Shown here: piece by piece, positions 8,319 to 16,405 of the stretch | How positions within the stretch are numbered: position 1 is the stretch's first letter | How the letters are laid out: each line of letters starts with the position of its first letter | The notes under the pieces: model-generated | What the model saw: only the letters and a program-made list of their open reading frames with translations | Told to the model about the DNA's origin: nothing | Database searches by the model: none | Made by a program: the position numbers and the translations under genes | From: a bacterium | Lineage (GTDB): Bacteria; Desulfobacterota; DSWW01 | NCBI GenBank assembly: GCA_040756235.1 | Contig: JBFLZG010000047.1 | Location: forward strand, 1-20,537 | DNA: 20,537 nucleotides | Direction: 5' to 3'

Positions 8319-9448
8319 ACGCGCAGCGCGTGCGGGCCATCGCCCGCAAGGAGCTCCTCCACATCGCGCGCGATCCGCGCAGCCTCGGCATGGCGATCGC
8401 CATTCCCATGCTGCTGCTCCTGCTGTTCGGGTACGCCTTGACCCTGGACGTGGACAACGTGCCCCTGGTGGTCTGGGACCAGGACCCTTCCCCGGCCAGC
8501 CGGGATTTCATCGGCCGCTTCACCGGATCCCCTTACTTCTCGCTGCGGCACTACGTCCATTCCTACGGAGAGCTGGAGCGGGCCATCGACGCGCGCGCGG
8601 CGCTCGCGGCGCTCATCCTGCCCACCGACTTCGCGGCCCGGATCGCGGCCGGCCGGCCCGCGCCGGTGCAGATGATCGTGGACGGGAGCGACTCCAACAC
8701 CGCCACGATCGCCATGGGCTATGCCGACGCGGTCGCTCTGACCTTCGCCGAGAACGTGGCCATCGAGGAGGTCCGGCGCAGCGGCGGCCCGACGCTCCAC
8801 CGCCCGGTGGACCTGAGGCCGCGCGTCTGGTTCAACGCGGACCTGGAATCCAGGAACTACATCATCCCGGGGCTGATTGCGGTGATCATGATGGTCATTG
8901 CGGCGCTGCTCACCTCCCTCACCGTAGCCCGCGAGTGGGAGCGGGGCAGCATGGAGCAGCTCATCACGACACCCGTGCGCGGCCGCGAGCTGATCCTGGG
9001 CAAGCTCCTGCCCTATTTCGCCATCGGCATGCTCGACGTCGCGCTGGCCGTGCTCATGGGAGAGTTCCTGTTCGAGGTTCCCTTGCGCGGCAGTGTGGCC
9101 CTGCTCTTCGCCATGGCCGCCATCTTCCTGGCCGGCTCTCTGTCCCTGGGCATGCTGATCAGCATCGTGACCAAGAGCCAGCTCCTGGCGAGCCAGCTCG
9201 CCATGGTGCTCACCTTTCTGCCGTCCTTTCTGCTGTCGGGGTTCATGTACGCGATCAGCAACATGCCCGGGCCGATCCGGGTCGTCACCCACGTGATCCC
9301 GGCCCGCTATTTCGTCGCTCTCCTGAAGGGCATATATCTGAAGGGCGTGGGGCTCGAGATCCTTGCTCTGGAAGCGGCCCTTCTGACCTTGTTTGGCGTC
9401 GTCATGGTCGTCCTGGCCAACAGGAAATTCCTGAAGAGGCTGGCCTAG
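8315..9448 (+). CDS. ABC-2 type permease (YbhS-like)
   Basis: GTG 8315 in a GTGA overlap, GGAGG RBS. ARKELLHIARDPRSL, VDGSDSNTA, WFNADLESRNYIIPGLI, AREWERGSMEQL. Confidence 0.92.
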   Translation: MNAQRVRAIARKELLHIARDPRSLGMAIAIPMLLLLLFGYALTLDVDNVPLVVWDQDPSPASRDFIGRFTGSPYFSLRHYVHSYGELERAIDARAALAALILPTDFAARIAAGRPAPVQMIVDGSDSNTATIAMGYADAVALTFAENVAIEEVRRSGGPTLHRPVDLRPRVWFNADLESRNYIIPGLIAVIMMVIAALLTSLTVAREWERGSMEQLITTPVRGRELILGKLLPYFAIGMLDVALAVLMGEFLFEVPLRGSVALLFAMAAIFLAGSLSLGMLISIVTKSQLLASQLAMVLTFLPSFLLSGFMYAISNMPGPIRVVTHVIPARYFVALLKGIYLKGVGLEILALEAALLTLFGVVMVVLANRKFLKRLA

Positions 9449-9450
9449 CC

Positions 9451-10581
9451 ATGTTCGAACGCATCCGCCACATGCTCAGGAAGGAGTTCATCCAGGTCTT
9501 CCGCGACCCGAAGATGAAGGGGGTCATCTTTCTCATGCCCGTCATCCAGGTGCTGGTCTTCGGCTACGCGGTCACCACCGATGTCCGGCACATCGTCACG
9601 GCCGTCTACGATCTGGACAACAGCGTGGCCAGCCGCGAGCTGACGGCGCGGTTCGCCAACTCCGGCTACTTCGACGTGGTCGCGCATGTGGGAAGCGACG
9701 CCGAGGCGCGGGAGCTCATGGACCGCGCCCGGGTGCAGGCGATCCTGCGCATGGACCCCGGTTTCGGGGACGACCTGAGGGCCGGCCGCACCGCACCGCT
9801 GCAGGTGATCGTGGACGGCACCGACTCGAACACGGCCGGCATCGTGCTCGACTACAGCAGCAAGATCGTGGGGCCGTTTTCCCGGAAGGTTTTGGAAACG
9901 CGCTACACGCGGCTCAAAGGGTCTGCCCTGGCTCCGCCGCGAGTCGAGCTCGAGACCCGGGCCTGGTTCAACGAGAACCTGGAGAGCCGCAACTTCTACG
10001 TGCCCGGGGTGATCGCCATCATCGTCATGCTCATCACCCTCATGCTGACCAGCATGGCCGTGGTGCGCGAGAAGGAGGTCGGCACCATGGAGCAGATCCT
10101 GGTCACGCCGATCCGGCCGCACGAGTTCATCCTCGGCAAGACCGTGCCCTTTGCCCTGATCGGCTTTGCCGACGTGGTCCTGGTGACGGCGGTGGGGGTG
10201 TTCTGGTTCGACGTGCCGATCCGGGGCAGCCTCGCGCTGCTCTTTGGGGCCACGGCCCTCTACCTCATGACCACGCTCGGGGTCGGGCTCCTGATCTCGA
10301 CGGTCAGCCAGACCCAGCAGCAGGCCATGATGAGCACCTTCTTCTTCTACTTCCCTGCGGTGCTCCTCTCCGGGTTCATGTTTCCCATCGCCAACATGCC
10401 CCCGGTGGTGCAGTGGCTGACGTACCTCAACCCGCTGCGCTACTTCCTGGTCATCATCCGGGGCCTGTTCCTCAAGGGGGTGGGCGCGGAGATCCTGTGG
10501 CCCCAGATGGCTGCCCTGGCGGTGATGGGGTTCATCACGCTATGGCTGGCCGCACGGCGCTTCCGCAAGACGCTTTCCTGA
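9451..10581 (+). CDS. ABC-2 type permease (YbhR-like)
   Basis: ATG 9451, 2 nt after the previous stop. RKEFIQVFRDPK, VDGTDSNTA, WFNENLESRNFYVPG, VREKEVGTMEQI. Confidence 0.92.
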   Translation: MFERIRHMLRKEFIQVFRDPKMKGVIFLMPVIQVLVFGYAVTTDVRHIVTAVYDLDNSVASRELTARFANSGYFDVVAHVGSDAEARELMDRARVQAILRMDPGFGDDLRAGRTAPLQVIVDGTDSNTAGIVLDYSSKIVGPFSRKVLETRYTRLKGSALAPPRVELETRAWFNENLESRNFYVPGVIAIIVMLITLMLTSMAVVREKEVGTMEQILVTPIRPHEFILGKTVPFALIGFADVVLVTAVGVFWFDVPIRGSLALLFGATALYLMTTLGVGLLISTVSQTQQQAMMSTFFFYFPAVLLSGFMFPIANMPPVVQWLTYLNPLRYFLVIIRGLFLKGVGAEILWPQMAALAVMGFITLWLAARRFRKTLS

Positions 10582-10590
10582 GTCCTTTGG

Positions 10591-10869
10591 GTCATTCCGG
10601 CGCAGGAGGCTGTGTCATATTTCGTCATCCCGGCCCATGTGCGAAGCGCGACAGAGCCGGGATCCAGAAGGGTGCACCAAGACCCGCTGTGGTAACTGGG
10701 CGCACGGGCTGGATTCCGGGCTTCGCTGGAATGACGGAAATCATGCGGCCGCGCCTCCGAGTCCTCCGGAATGAGTGGTCGCACGAGGGTCTGACCGGAT
10801 TTGTGACACAGCCTCCTTCGCCGGACGGAAAGACAGCGAGCAGGGTCTGGCCGGCTTGCGACACAGCCT
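10591..10869 (+). mobile_element. Composite REP/MITE-like element, family B, copy 2 (both terminal repeats)
   Basis: Inverted ends GGAGGCTGTGTCATA (10605-10619) and TGTGACACAGCCTCC (10802-10816), enclosing a GTCATCCCGGC...GGAATGAC REP pair and flanked by further REP arms. A degenerate second right end lies at about 10838-10869. Confidence 0.75.
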
Positions 10870-10939
10870 TGCAGGCCAGAATCCAGTCCATGCATCCCGT
10901 ACTTCCAGCTGGTGCGTGGGGCACTCTGCTGGATCCGGA

Positions 10940-10986
10940 GGCGGGCGCGGCAACCAGGCAGGGGCAGGTTTCCAGCCTGCCCTTGC
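10940..10986 (+). repeat. 47-bp repeat with REP-like hairpin (family D), copy 1
   Basis: GGCGGGCGCGGCAACCAGGCAGGGGCAGGTTTCCAGCCTGCCCTTGC, 44/47 identical to 12309-12355. Confidence 0.8.
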
Positions 10987-11044
10987 AGGTCACGGATCCA
11001 GCCCTGTTCCGCTTCGATGCAGTAGACACGCCGGGGGTACGATT

Positions 11045-12211
11045 TTACGAGTACAACCCACCCCACAGCTCGTCCAGAAATTCCCTGTAAGGCAGAATCG
11101 TCACGCCTTCCAGGCTCCGCCTGCGCGGCTCCAGGCTCACGCACAGATAGCGCTTCAGCTTCTTCTCCTCGGCGAGCGCGCGCAGCGGTTTCAGCTCGAC
11201 GGGCGAAATGTTTTCCCTGGCTCTCGCTTCCACCGCGGTATGGTCTCCCAGGATAAAATCGACCTCGAATCCGGATGTGGACCTCCAGAAGGTCAGCGGT
11301 TCCCCGGAGACGTAATCTCTATAGCTGGCAAGCTCGTGCATGAGCCATGTTTCGAAGGCCTCTCCGAATTCCGGCGTGCCTGGCCGGAACTGCCGGCCCT
11401 GGAGCTCGGCGACGACCCCCACGTCGAAGAAATAGTACTTGGAGGAAGCCAGAGGCTTCCTCTTCCTGGACTTGCGCCAGGCCGGAAGCTCGTGCAGCAG
11501 GAGAGTGTCCTTGAGAATATCGAAGTACTCGTACACGGTCGTGCGGGCCACCTGCGCGTCGTTCGCCACCTTGGTGAAATTCACGATGGTCCCGTTGCAG
11601 AAGGATGCAACTTTCAGAAATCGGCTGAATGCCGGAATGTTCCGCGCCGTCCCCTCGGCGACGATCTCCTCCTGCAGGTAGGAGCCTGAATAGGCCCGCA
11701 GGTCGGCTCCAGGATCCTGTGAGAAGTAAATCGACGGGAGCAAGCCGCGTTCGGCCGCCCTGAAGAGGTCGAAACGGGCGCCGAGCTCCCGGCAGGTGAG
11801 CGGGTGCAGGTGCTTGGTGCGGGCCCGCCCCCCCAGGAGGTTCACGCCTCCCCGCCTCAGCTTCCGGGCACTGGACCCCGTAAGAAGAAAGCGTATCCCG
11901 CGCTCTTCGATCAGCCGGTGAACCTCGTTGAGAAGAGCCGGAAGGCGCTGAATCTCGTCGATGACGACGATGCGGTCTCGCGGCGTCAGTTCCTGGCCGA
12001 TGCGGCCGGGATTCTGTGCAAGTGCAAGGTATACCGAGGTGTCGAGCAGATCGTAAACACGCGCCCCCGCAAGACTACGGCGGATCAGCGAGGTCTTGCC
12101 GGTCTGCCGCGGTCCGAAGAGAAAGTGCGACTTTTTCCCCAGCAGTCCGGGAAGATCCAGCAGCCGCTCGATGTAGAGTCCGTCTTCGGGCAGGCCATGT
12201 GTCGATTTCAT
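11045..12211 (-). CDS. AAA+ ATPase with DUF4143 domain (ATPase, wHTH, C-terminal PD-(D/E)XK-like)
   Basis: Walker A GPRQTGKTS, Walker B VVIDEIQRLP, LTGSSARKL, LLGGRA, KYYFFDVGV, GEAFE, FWRSTSGFEVDFI. Start at ATG 12211 or 12217. Confidence 0.9.
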   Translation of the reverse strand: MKSTHGLPEDGLYIERLLDLPGLLGKKSHFLFGPRQTGKTSLIRRSLAGARVYDLLDTSVYLALAQNPGRIGQELTPRDRIVVIDEIQRLPALLNEVHRLIEERGIRFLLTGSSARKLRRGGVNLLGGRARTKHLHPLTCRELGARFDLFRAAERGLLPSIYFSQDPGADLRAYSGSYLQEEIVAEGTARNIPAFSRFLKVASFCNGTIVNFTKVANDAQVARTTVYEYFDILKDTLLLHELPAWRKSRKRKPLASSKYYFFDVGVVAELQGRQFRPGTPEFGEAFETWLMHELASYRDYVSGEPLTFWRSTSGFEVDFILGDHTAVEARARENISPVELKPLRALAEEKKLKRYLCVSLEPRRRSLEGVTILPYREFLDELWGGLYS

Positions 12212-12248
12212 CGTCATTTATCATGACAAATGACGACAAAGGCGTCAA
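12211..12248 (-). promoter_or_regulatory. Sigma70-type promoter overlapped by a 26-bp palindromic operator
   Basis: Minus strand TTGACG (12248-12243), 17-nt spacer, CATGAT (12225-12220) with upstream TG. Palindrome TCGTCATTTATCA|TGACAAATGACGA at 12211-12236 has 12/13 pairs. Confidence 0.6.
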
Positions 12249-12261
12249 TAGTTTCCGGAAA

Positions 12262-12285
12262 GGGGGACGCCAGCGGCGCCCCTAC
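12262..12285 (-). repeat. Degenerate GTAG-type REP (family C)
   Basis: GGGGGACGCCAGCGGCGCCCCTAC followed by AAGAGGTG, the same flank as the copy at 767-790. Confidence 0.55.
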
Positions 12286-12308
12286 AAGAGGTGGCCCGGA
12301 CGCCCCGG

Positions 12309-12355
12309 GGCGGGCGCGGCAACCAGGCAGGGGCAGCTTTCAAGCCTGCCCCTGC
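12309..12355 (+). repeat. 47-bp repeat with REP-like hairpin (family D), copy 2
   Basis: GGCGGGCGCGGCAACCAGGCAGGGGCAGCTTTCAAGCCTGCCCCTGC, direct repeat of 10940-10986. Confidence 0.8.
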
Positions 12356-12388
12356 GAGTGCGGCCCCGATCGACCCTCGCCGGTGATC

Positions 12389-13117
12389 TCAACCCGCTCG
12401 GGTCTGGTGCTGCGCGATGCGCCGCGGGAGCTCGCGCGCAGGCAGGACCTCCATGGGCAGATCCAGGGACCTGAGCGAGATCTCCTGCTCCGCCACCAAA
12501 TAGAAGAGAGGGGTTTCGGTCCAGGAGCCGGTATTGATGTAGCGGATTCCGTCCAGCATCCGGTCCTCGGCAAAGTGGGCATGGCCGCAGGTGACGGCTT
12601 CGTAGCCGTTCTCACGGGCGTAGCGCACCGCGTTCCTCATCACGTTCTCGCGCAGCACGCGATAGAGCCGCCCCCACTTCTTGGCCCACTGGGCCACGTG
12701 CACCGGCGGCGCCCCCATTCTCACCCGGACGCCGTGCAGGGCCTTCATGACCATCATGAAGGCCAGGCTCCGGGGCATGACCTGGTCGAAATCGTCGCCG
12801 TGCGCAACCAGCAGCCGCTTGCCCAGGTCGCAGACGGCGGCGAATTCGATCTCGCCGGGATTCTCGAGGGTGTAGCGCCCGTCGTGGTTTCCTCGGATCC
12901 AGATCACACGGCGCTGCCGGGATTCTTCCCGAAGCCTCCTGAGGACTCGCTGATCCTGCAGGCCCAAGGGCCTGCGCGGATCGTCGATGACGTCGCCGTT
13001 CAGGATGAGCTCGTGGCTCGGGGGGATCCGCTCGAGAAAGCACAGGAACGGCTCCCGCAAGAAGTACGGGGAGCCGATGTGCAGGTCGCTGACGATCGTG
13101 GCCGATCTTTCCGGCAT
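12389..13117 (-). CDS. Calcineurin-like metallophosphoesterase (UDP-2,3-diacylglucosamine diphosphatase/LpxH-like family)
   Basis: All five metallophosphoesterase motifs: SDLHIG, NGDVID, GNHD, HGD, CGHAH, plus YINTGSW. Start taken at ATG 13117 (GAGGA upstream); 13159 is an alternative. Confidence 0.88.
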   Translation of the reverse strand: MPERSATIVSDLHIGSPYFLREPFLCFLERIPPSHELILNGDVIDDPRRPLGLQDQRVLRRLREESRQRRVIWIRGNHDGRYTLENPGEIEFAAVCDLGKRLLVAHGDDFDQVMPRSLAFMMVMKALHGVRVRMGAPPVHVAQWAKKWGRLYRVLRENVMRNAVRYARENGYEAVTCGHAHFAEDRMLDGIRYINTGSWTETPLFYLVAEQEISLRSLDLPMEVLPARELPRRIAQHQTRAG

Positions 13118-13266
13118 CTTCTTCCTCACAGTCCTCACCAGTCCTCTTTCAATGATCATCGACGCGCAGGTGGAAGAACTTGATCTGCGGCTGCGCTCGG
13201 AGAGACTCTGTACAGATGAGAGAAGGCGTGCACAGGATTCGGCCGGGCTCGCCCGGCCGGGGACTT

Positions 13267-15600
13267 TCACAGGGGGGCAGCGAGGTTTCGCTCGCAAGAC
13301 CCGATCTCGTCCTCCTGCCCGTCGGTTCCCTTCCCCAGAGGCTTGAAGACGAGGAGCATCGCAGGCAGGAGGAACAGGTCGCCGAAGACGGCGGTCGAGA
13401 GTGTCAGGCTGATCAGCATGCCCATGCTTCGGGTGTACTGGAAATTGGACAACAGGAAGATCAGGAACCCTGCCGACAGGATGACCGTGGTGATCAGGAT
13501 GGGCTTTCCGCAGGATCTCAGGGCACGCTCGATGGCCTTTTGATAATTTCGATCGCTGGCGAACTCATGCTTGAAGCAGGTCATGAAATGAATGGTGTCG
13601 TCCACGGCAAGTCCGAGAGCGATCGCAGCGATCGGCGCCGTCCCGAAGTTGAGCGGGATGCCGAACAGCCCCATGATGCCGAGCGTCATGAAGATCGGGA
13701 TGACGTTGGGGATCATGCTGACCAGGCCGAGTCGGATGGAACGAAAGAGGAAGATCATGACGAGAAAGATGTCGATGCCTGCCAACCAGAGACTCTGGTT
13801 CAGTCCGGAAAGGATGGGGATCATGGTACGGGCCAGCATCATGTTGGTCCCCGTCACGTACGTCCTGACTCCTGGGATTCCGTCGAACTCGGCCTCCAGG
13901 TACGGGAGGACGGCATCCATCAGCCGTTTGTAAGAGTAAAAATCATGATAGCGAAAACGGATGGCGACGGGAGTCTTTGAGAAAACGGGGTCAAAGAAAC
14001 GTGAAAGCAGCCCGTCCTGGTCGGAGAGGGAAGCGGTAAGCAGGAGTTCGGCGACCGCGTTCTTCTTTCCCGGTATCCGGTACTCTGAGGGATCATTATC
14101 CCCCAGCCGGTAACTCATATACTTGATGAGGTCAGCTCCCGAGACCACCTGATCCACACCGTCCTGCCCTCGCAGGAATTCGCTCAGCCGGTCGATCTTC
14201 TCGAGCAGGGCAGGATCCTTGACCCGGTCCTCCTCGGGGCTCTCCACGACCACGAAAAAGGGAATGCCCCCTCCAACCTCCTTCTCGATGTAGTTGCTGT
14301 CCAAAATCAACCTGGTCTTTTCGCTAAAGAACTTCCCGGGATCTGTCTCGAGCTTCAAGCGCGTCGTTCCCCAGATCCCCAGGCCCAACACGGCCAGAGA
14401 GAAGACGAGAATCGGGCTACGCTTCGTGTGCGTGAATTGTGCGAGCCGTTCTAGTATCCCGAGCAAGGAATCGGAGAGCGGTCTTTGCATGCTGAGCATC
14501 TTGGTGTCTGCCATTATGACACCGATCGGCAGGATCGTCAGAGTCAGCAGGGTGGCAAACCCCATCCCCACGGCGCTGAAGATGCCGAACGTCTGAATGA
14601 CCGGAATCCTGCAAACGGCCACCGAGAGAAACCCCACCATGATCGTGCCGCAGGTCAGAAGACAGGGCAGCATCATGAGCCTGACCGTTTCGAAGACCGC
14701 TTCCGCCTTGGTCCTGCAGACGTGCCGGCAGTCCTGGTAGTGGCTCAGGATGTGGATGCAGTCCGAGGTGCCGATGATGAACAGCACCGTCGGGATCAGG
14801 ACCGAGAAGAAATTGAGCTCGCTGCCCGTGAGATACATGACCCCGATGGTCCAGACGACGCTCAGGCTTACGGCGACAAAAGGCAGAACAACACAGAGAT
14901 AGTTCCGGAACACGAAGTACATGGACGCGACGAGCAGGACCATGCCGATCGGCAGGAGCGTGCTGAAGTCTCTCCTCATCAATCGGAAGCCTTCCGATCT
15001 CCCCATGGGGGACCCTGCCATGTAGTATCGGTTCCCGTTACTTCCCCTTGCGAACGCCGAATCGATCTCACGCAGCACGATGTCCCGCTTGGCTGCGCTC
15101 AGCTCTGCGTCCAGAGTGATGTCGAAGAGGGCGTTGCGGCCGTCCTTCGTGACGAGGAGGTCCCGGTACAGCGGATTCTCTGCGATCCTGTTCTTCAGCG
15201 CCTCCCGCTCCTCGGCGGTTTCCGGCAGGTGGGCCAGCAGAGGCCCGATCTCGATCGAACCATCCCGGACCGCGACGTCATCGGCGTTCCCGATGGAAGC
15301 GACCCGGGTGATCCCGTCGATCCGGCGCAGCTCGTCCGTGATCTTCCGGATCGCCTCGAGGTGCCGCTTCTCGAGCACGTTTTCGGCCGAGTAGACGGCC
15401 ACCACGATCTCGTCGTAACCGAAATCCTTGAAGAAGGCTTTGAGGTTGGGGTACTCGGGGTCGTCGCGGTACAAGAGCTCGTCCGGCCGCTCGTTGAGCT
15501 TGACCTGCAGGGAGAAAGCGCCCAGGAAGAGGGTGACCAGGCCGATGACGCCCAGGATGTAGTACCTCCTGTTCAGGATGAATCGGGCAAGGCGCTCCAC
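13267..15600 (-). CDS. MMPL/RND-family transporter
   Basis: 777 aa, GTG start with AAGGAG RBS. Two repeats of one TM, a periplasmic domain and five TMs. Motifs IIGTSDCIHILSHY and LGLAVDDTIHF; YVTGT and GKPILIT. Confidence 0.92.
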   Translation of the reverse strand: MERLARFILNRRYYILGVIGLVTLFLGAFSLQVKLNERPDELLYRDDPEYPNLKAFFKDFGYDEIVVAVYSAENVLEKRHLEAIRKITDELRRIDGITRVASIGNADDVAVRDGSIEIGPLLAHLPETAEEREALKNRIAENPLYRDLLVTKDGRNALFDITLDAELSAAKRDIVLREIDSAFARGSNGNRYYMAGSPMGRSEGFRLMRRDFSTLLPIGMVLLVASMYFVFRNYLCVVLPFVAVSLSVVWTIGVMYLTGSELNFFSVLIPTVLFIIGTSDCIHILSHYQDCRHVCRTKAEAVFETVRLMMLPCLLTCGTIMVGFLSVAVCRIPVIQTFGIFSAVGMGFATLLTLTILPIGVIMADTKMLSMQRPLSDSLLGILERLAQFTHTKRSPILVFSLAVLGLGIWGTTRLKLETDPGKFFSEKTRLILDSNYIEKEVGGGIPFFVVVESPEEDRVKDPALLEKIDRLSEFLRGQDGVDQVVSGADLIKYMSYRLGDNDPSEYRIPGKKNAVAELLLTASLSDQDGLLSRFFDPVFSKTPVAIRFRYHDFYSYKRLMDAVLPYLEAEFDGIPGVRTYVTGTNMMLARTMIPILSGLNQSLWLAGIDIFLVMIFLFRSIRLGLVSMIPNVIPIFMTLGIMGLFGIPLNFGTAPIAAIALGLAVDDTIHFMTCFKHEFASDRNYQKAIERALRSCGKPILITTVILSAGFLIFLLSNFQYTRSMGMLISLTLSTAVFGDLFLLPAMLLVFKPLGKGTDGQEDEIGSCERNLAAPL

Positions 15601-15675
15601 CGGGTCGTCTCCTTTGCGGGTTCACTTTCGTTCGGTTTGGCGTCGGGAAAAGTCCGGGTGACGTGTGAGTTGAAA

Positions 15676-15690
15676 TCAAACTGCGTGCCA
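15676..15690 (-). promoter_or_regulatory. Possible sigma54 (-24/-12) promoter for the MMPL gene
   Basis: Minus strand TGGCAC-GCAGT-TTGA against consensus TGGCAC-N5-TTGC, about 75 nt upstream of the start. The -12 element deviates (GA, not GC). Confidence 0.4.
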
Positions 15691-16176
15691 CAAGGCCCTG
15701 CCGGGTTGCCCTGGCCCTGCCCCGGGCCCCCGAAATCAAGGGCGACCGCGGAATCCGGGCGACAGGAGGCCATGGCGAGCGATCGGAAGGGGTCCCGGGG
15801 CGACCCGCCTGTCCTGTCCGTCAGGAAAGGGGCCCGCGCCGGGGCGCAAGGGGTCCGTAGTGTAGACGTCCGAACACACCCGGGGCGCAGGCTCTGCTTA
15901 CGGGCGTCCACACCGGGCCCTCTGCCAAATTGCCTTCAGGATTGAAGGGGTTCCTGCTGCTTCGAGGCGGCCGGCAGGAGACTGTGTTCCCTCGAGGACA
16001 CAGTTACGCGGGTTGGAGCTATCATCCTGCTCAAGGGAGGAGCTCACTCCTCGGGCGAGATTTGGATCCATTCCCTCCCGGCGAACCCCGGATCAGAGTC
16101 GTGAACATCCCCCTGAATCGGAGTCCGGGGCAGAAGCCGCAATCCGGTCCCTGCGTCCCGTTCGTGGTGCAGACTC

Positions 16177-16341
16177 CTGGATCCGGCTTATACGCGCTGC
16201 ACAGCATGGGCCAGGAGGGATGACGGTTCGTCTTTCCGTCACCCCGGCGAAGGCCGGGGTCCAGTCCGTGCGCCCCTCATTCATTTGGGACGACTTCTGG
16301 ATCCCGGCTCATACGCGCCGCACAGCATGGGCCGGGATGAC
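16177..16341 (-). repeat. Family B REP pair in inverted orientation (16233-16341) plus a partial tandem copy (16177-16226)
   Basis: TTTCCGTCACCCCGGCGAAGGCCGGGGTCCAGTCCGTGCGCCC...GGATCCCGGCTC...ATGGGCCGGGATGAC is the reverse complement of the family B core. CTGGATCCGGCTTATACGCGCTGCACAGCATGGGCC at 16177 duplicates its right part. Confidence 0.75.
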
Positions 16342-16405
16342 AAAACATGACAGCCTTTCGGCGCGGCAGATTTTTTCCTTGCAAAGGCTGGTAATACTAT
16401 TATAG

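Noticed and set aside
7709..9450. Long 5' extensions of the permease ORFs (7709 and 8935 starts)
   Set aside because: They overlap real upstream genes in other frames. Homology begins at 8315 and 9451.
15980..16004. Imperfect palindrome ACTGTGTTCCCTCGAGGACACAGT
   Set aside because: Single copy, bulged and far from any start codon; no function can be supported.
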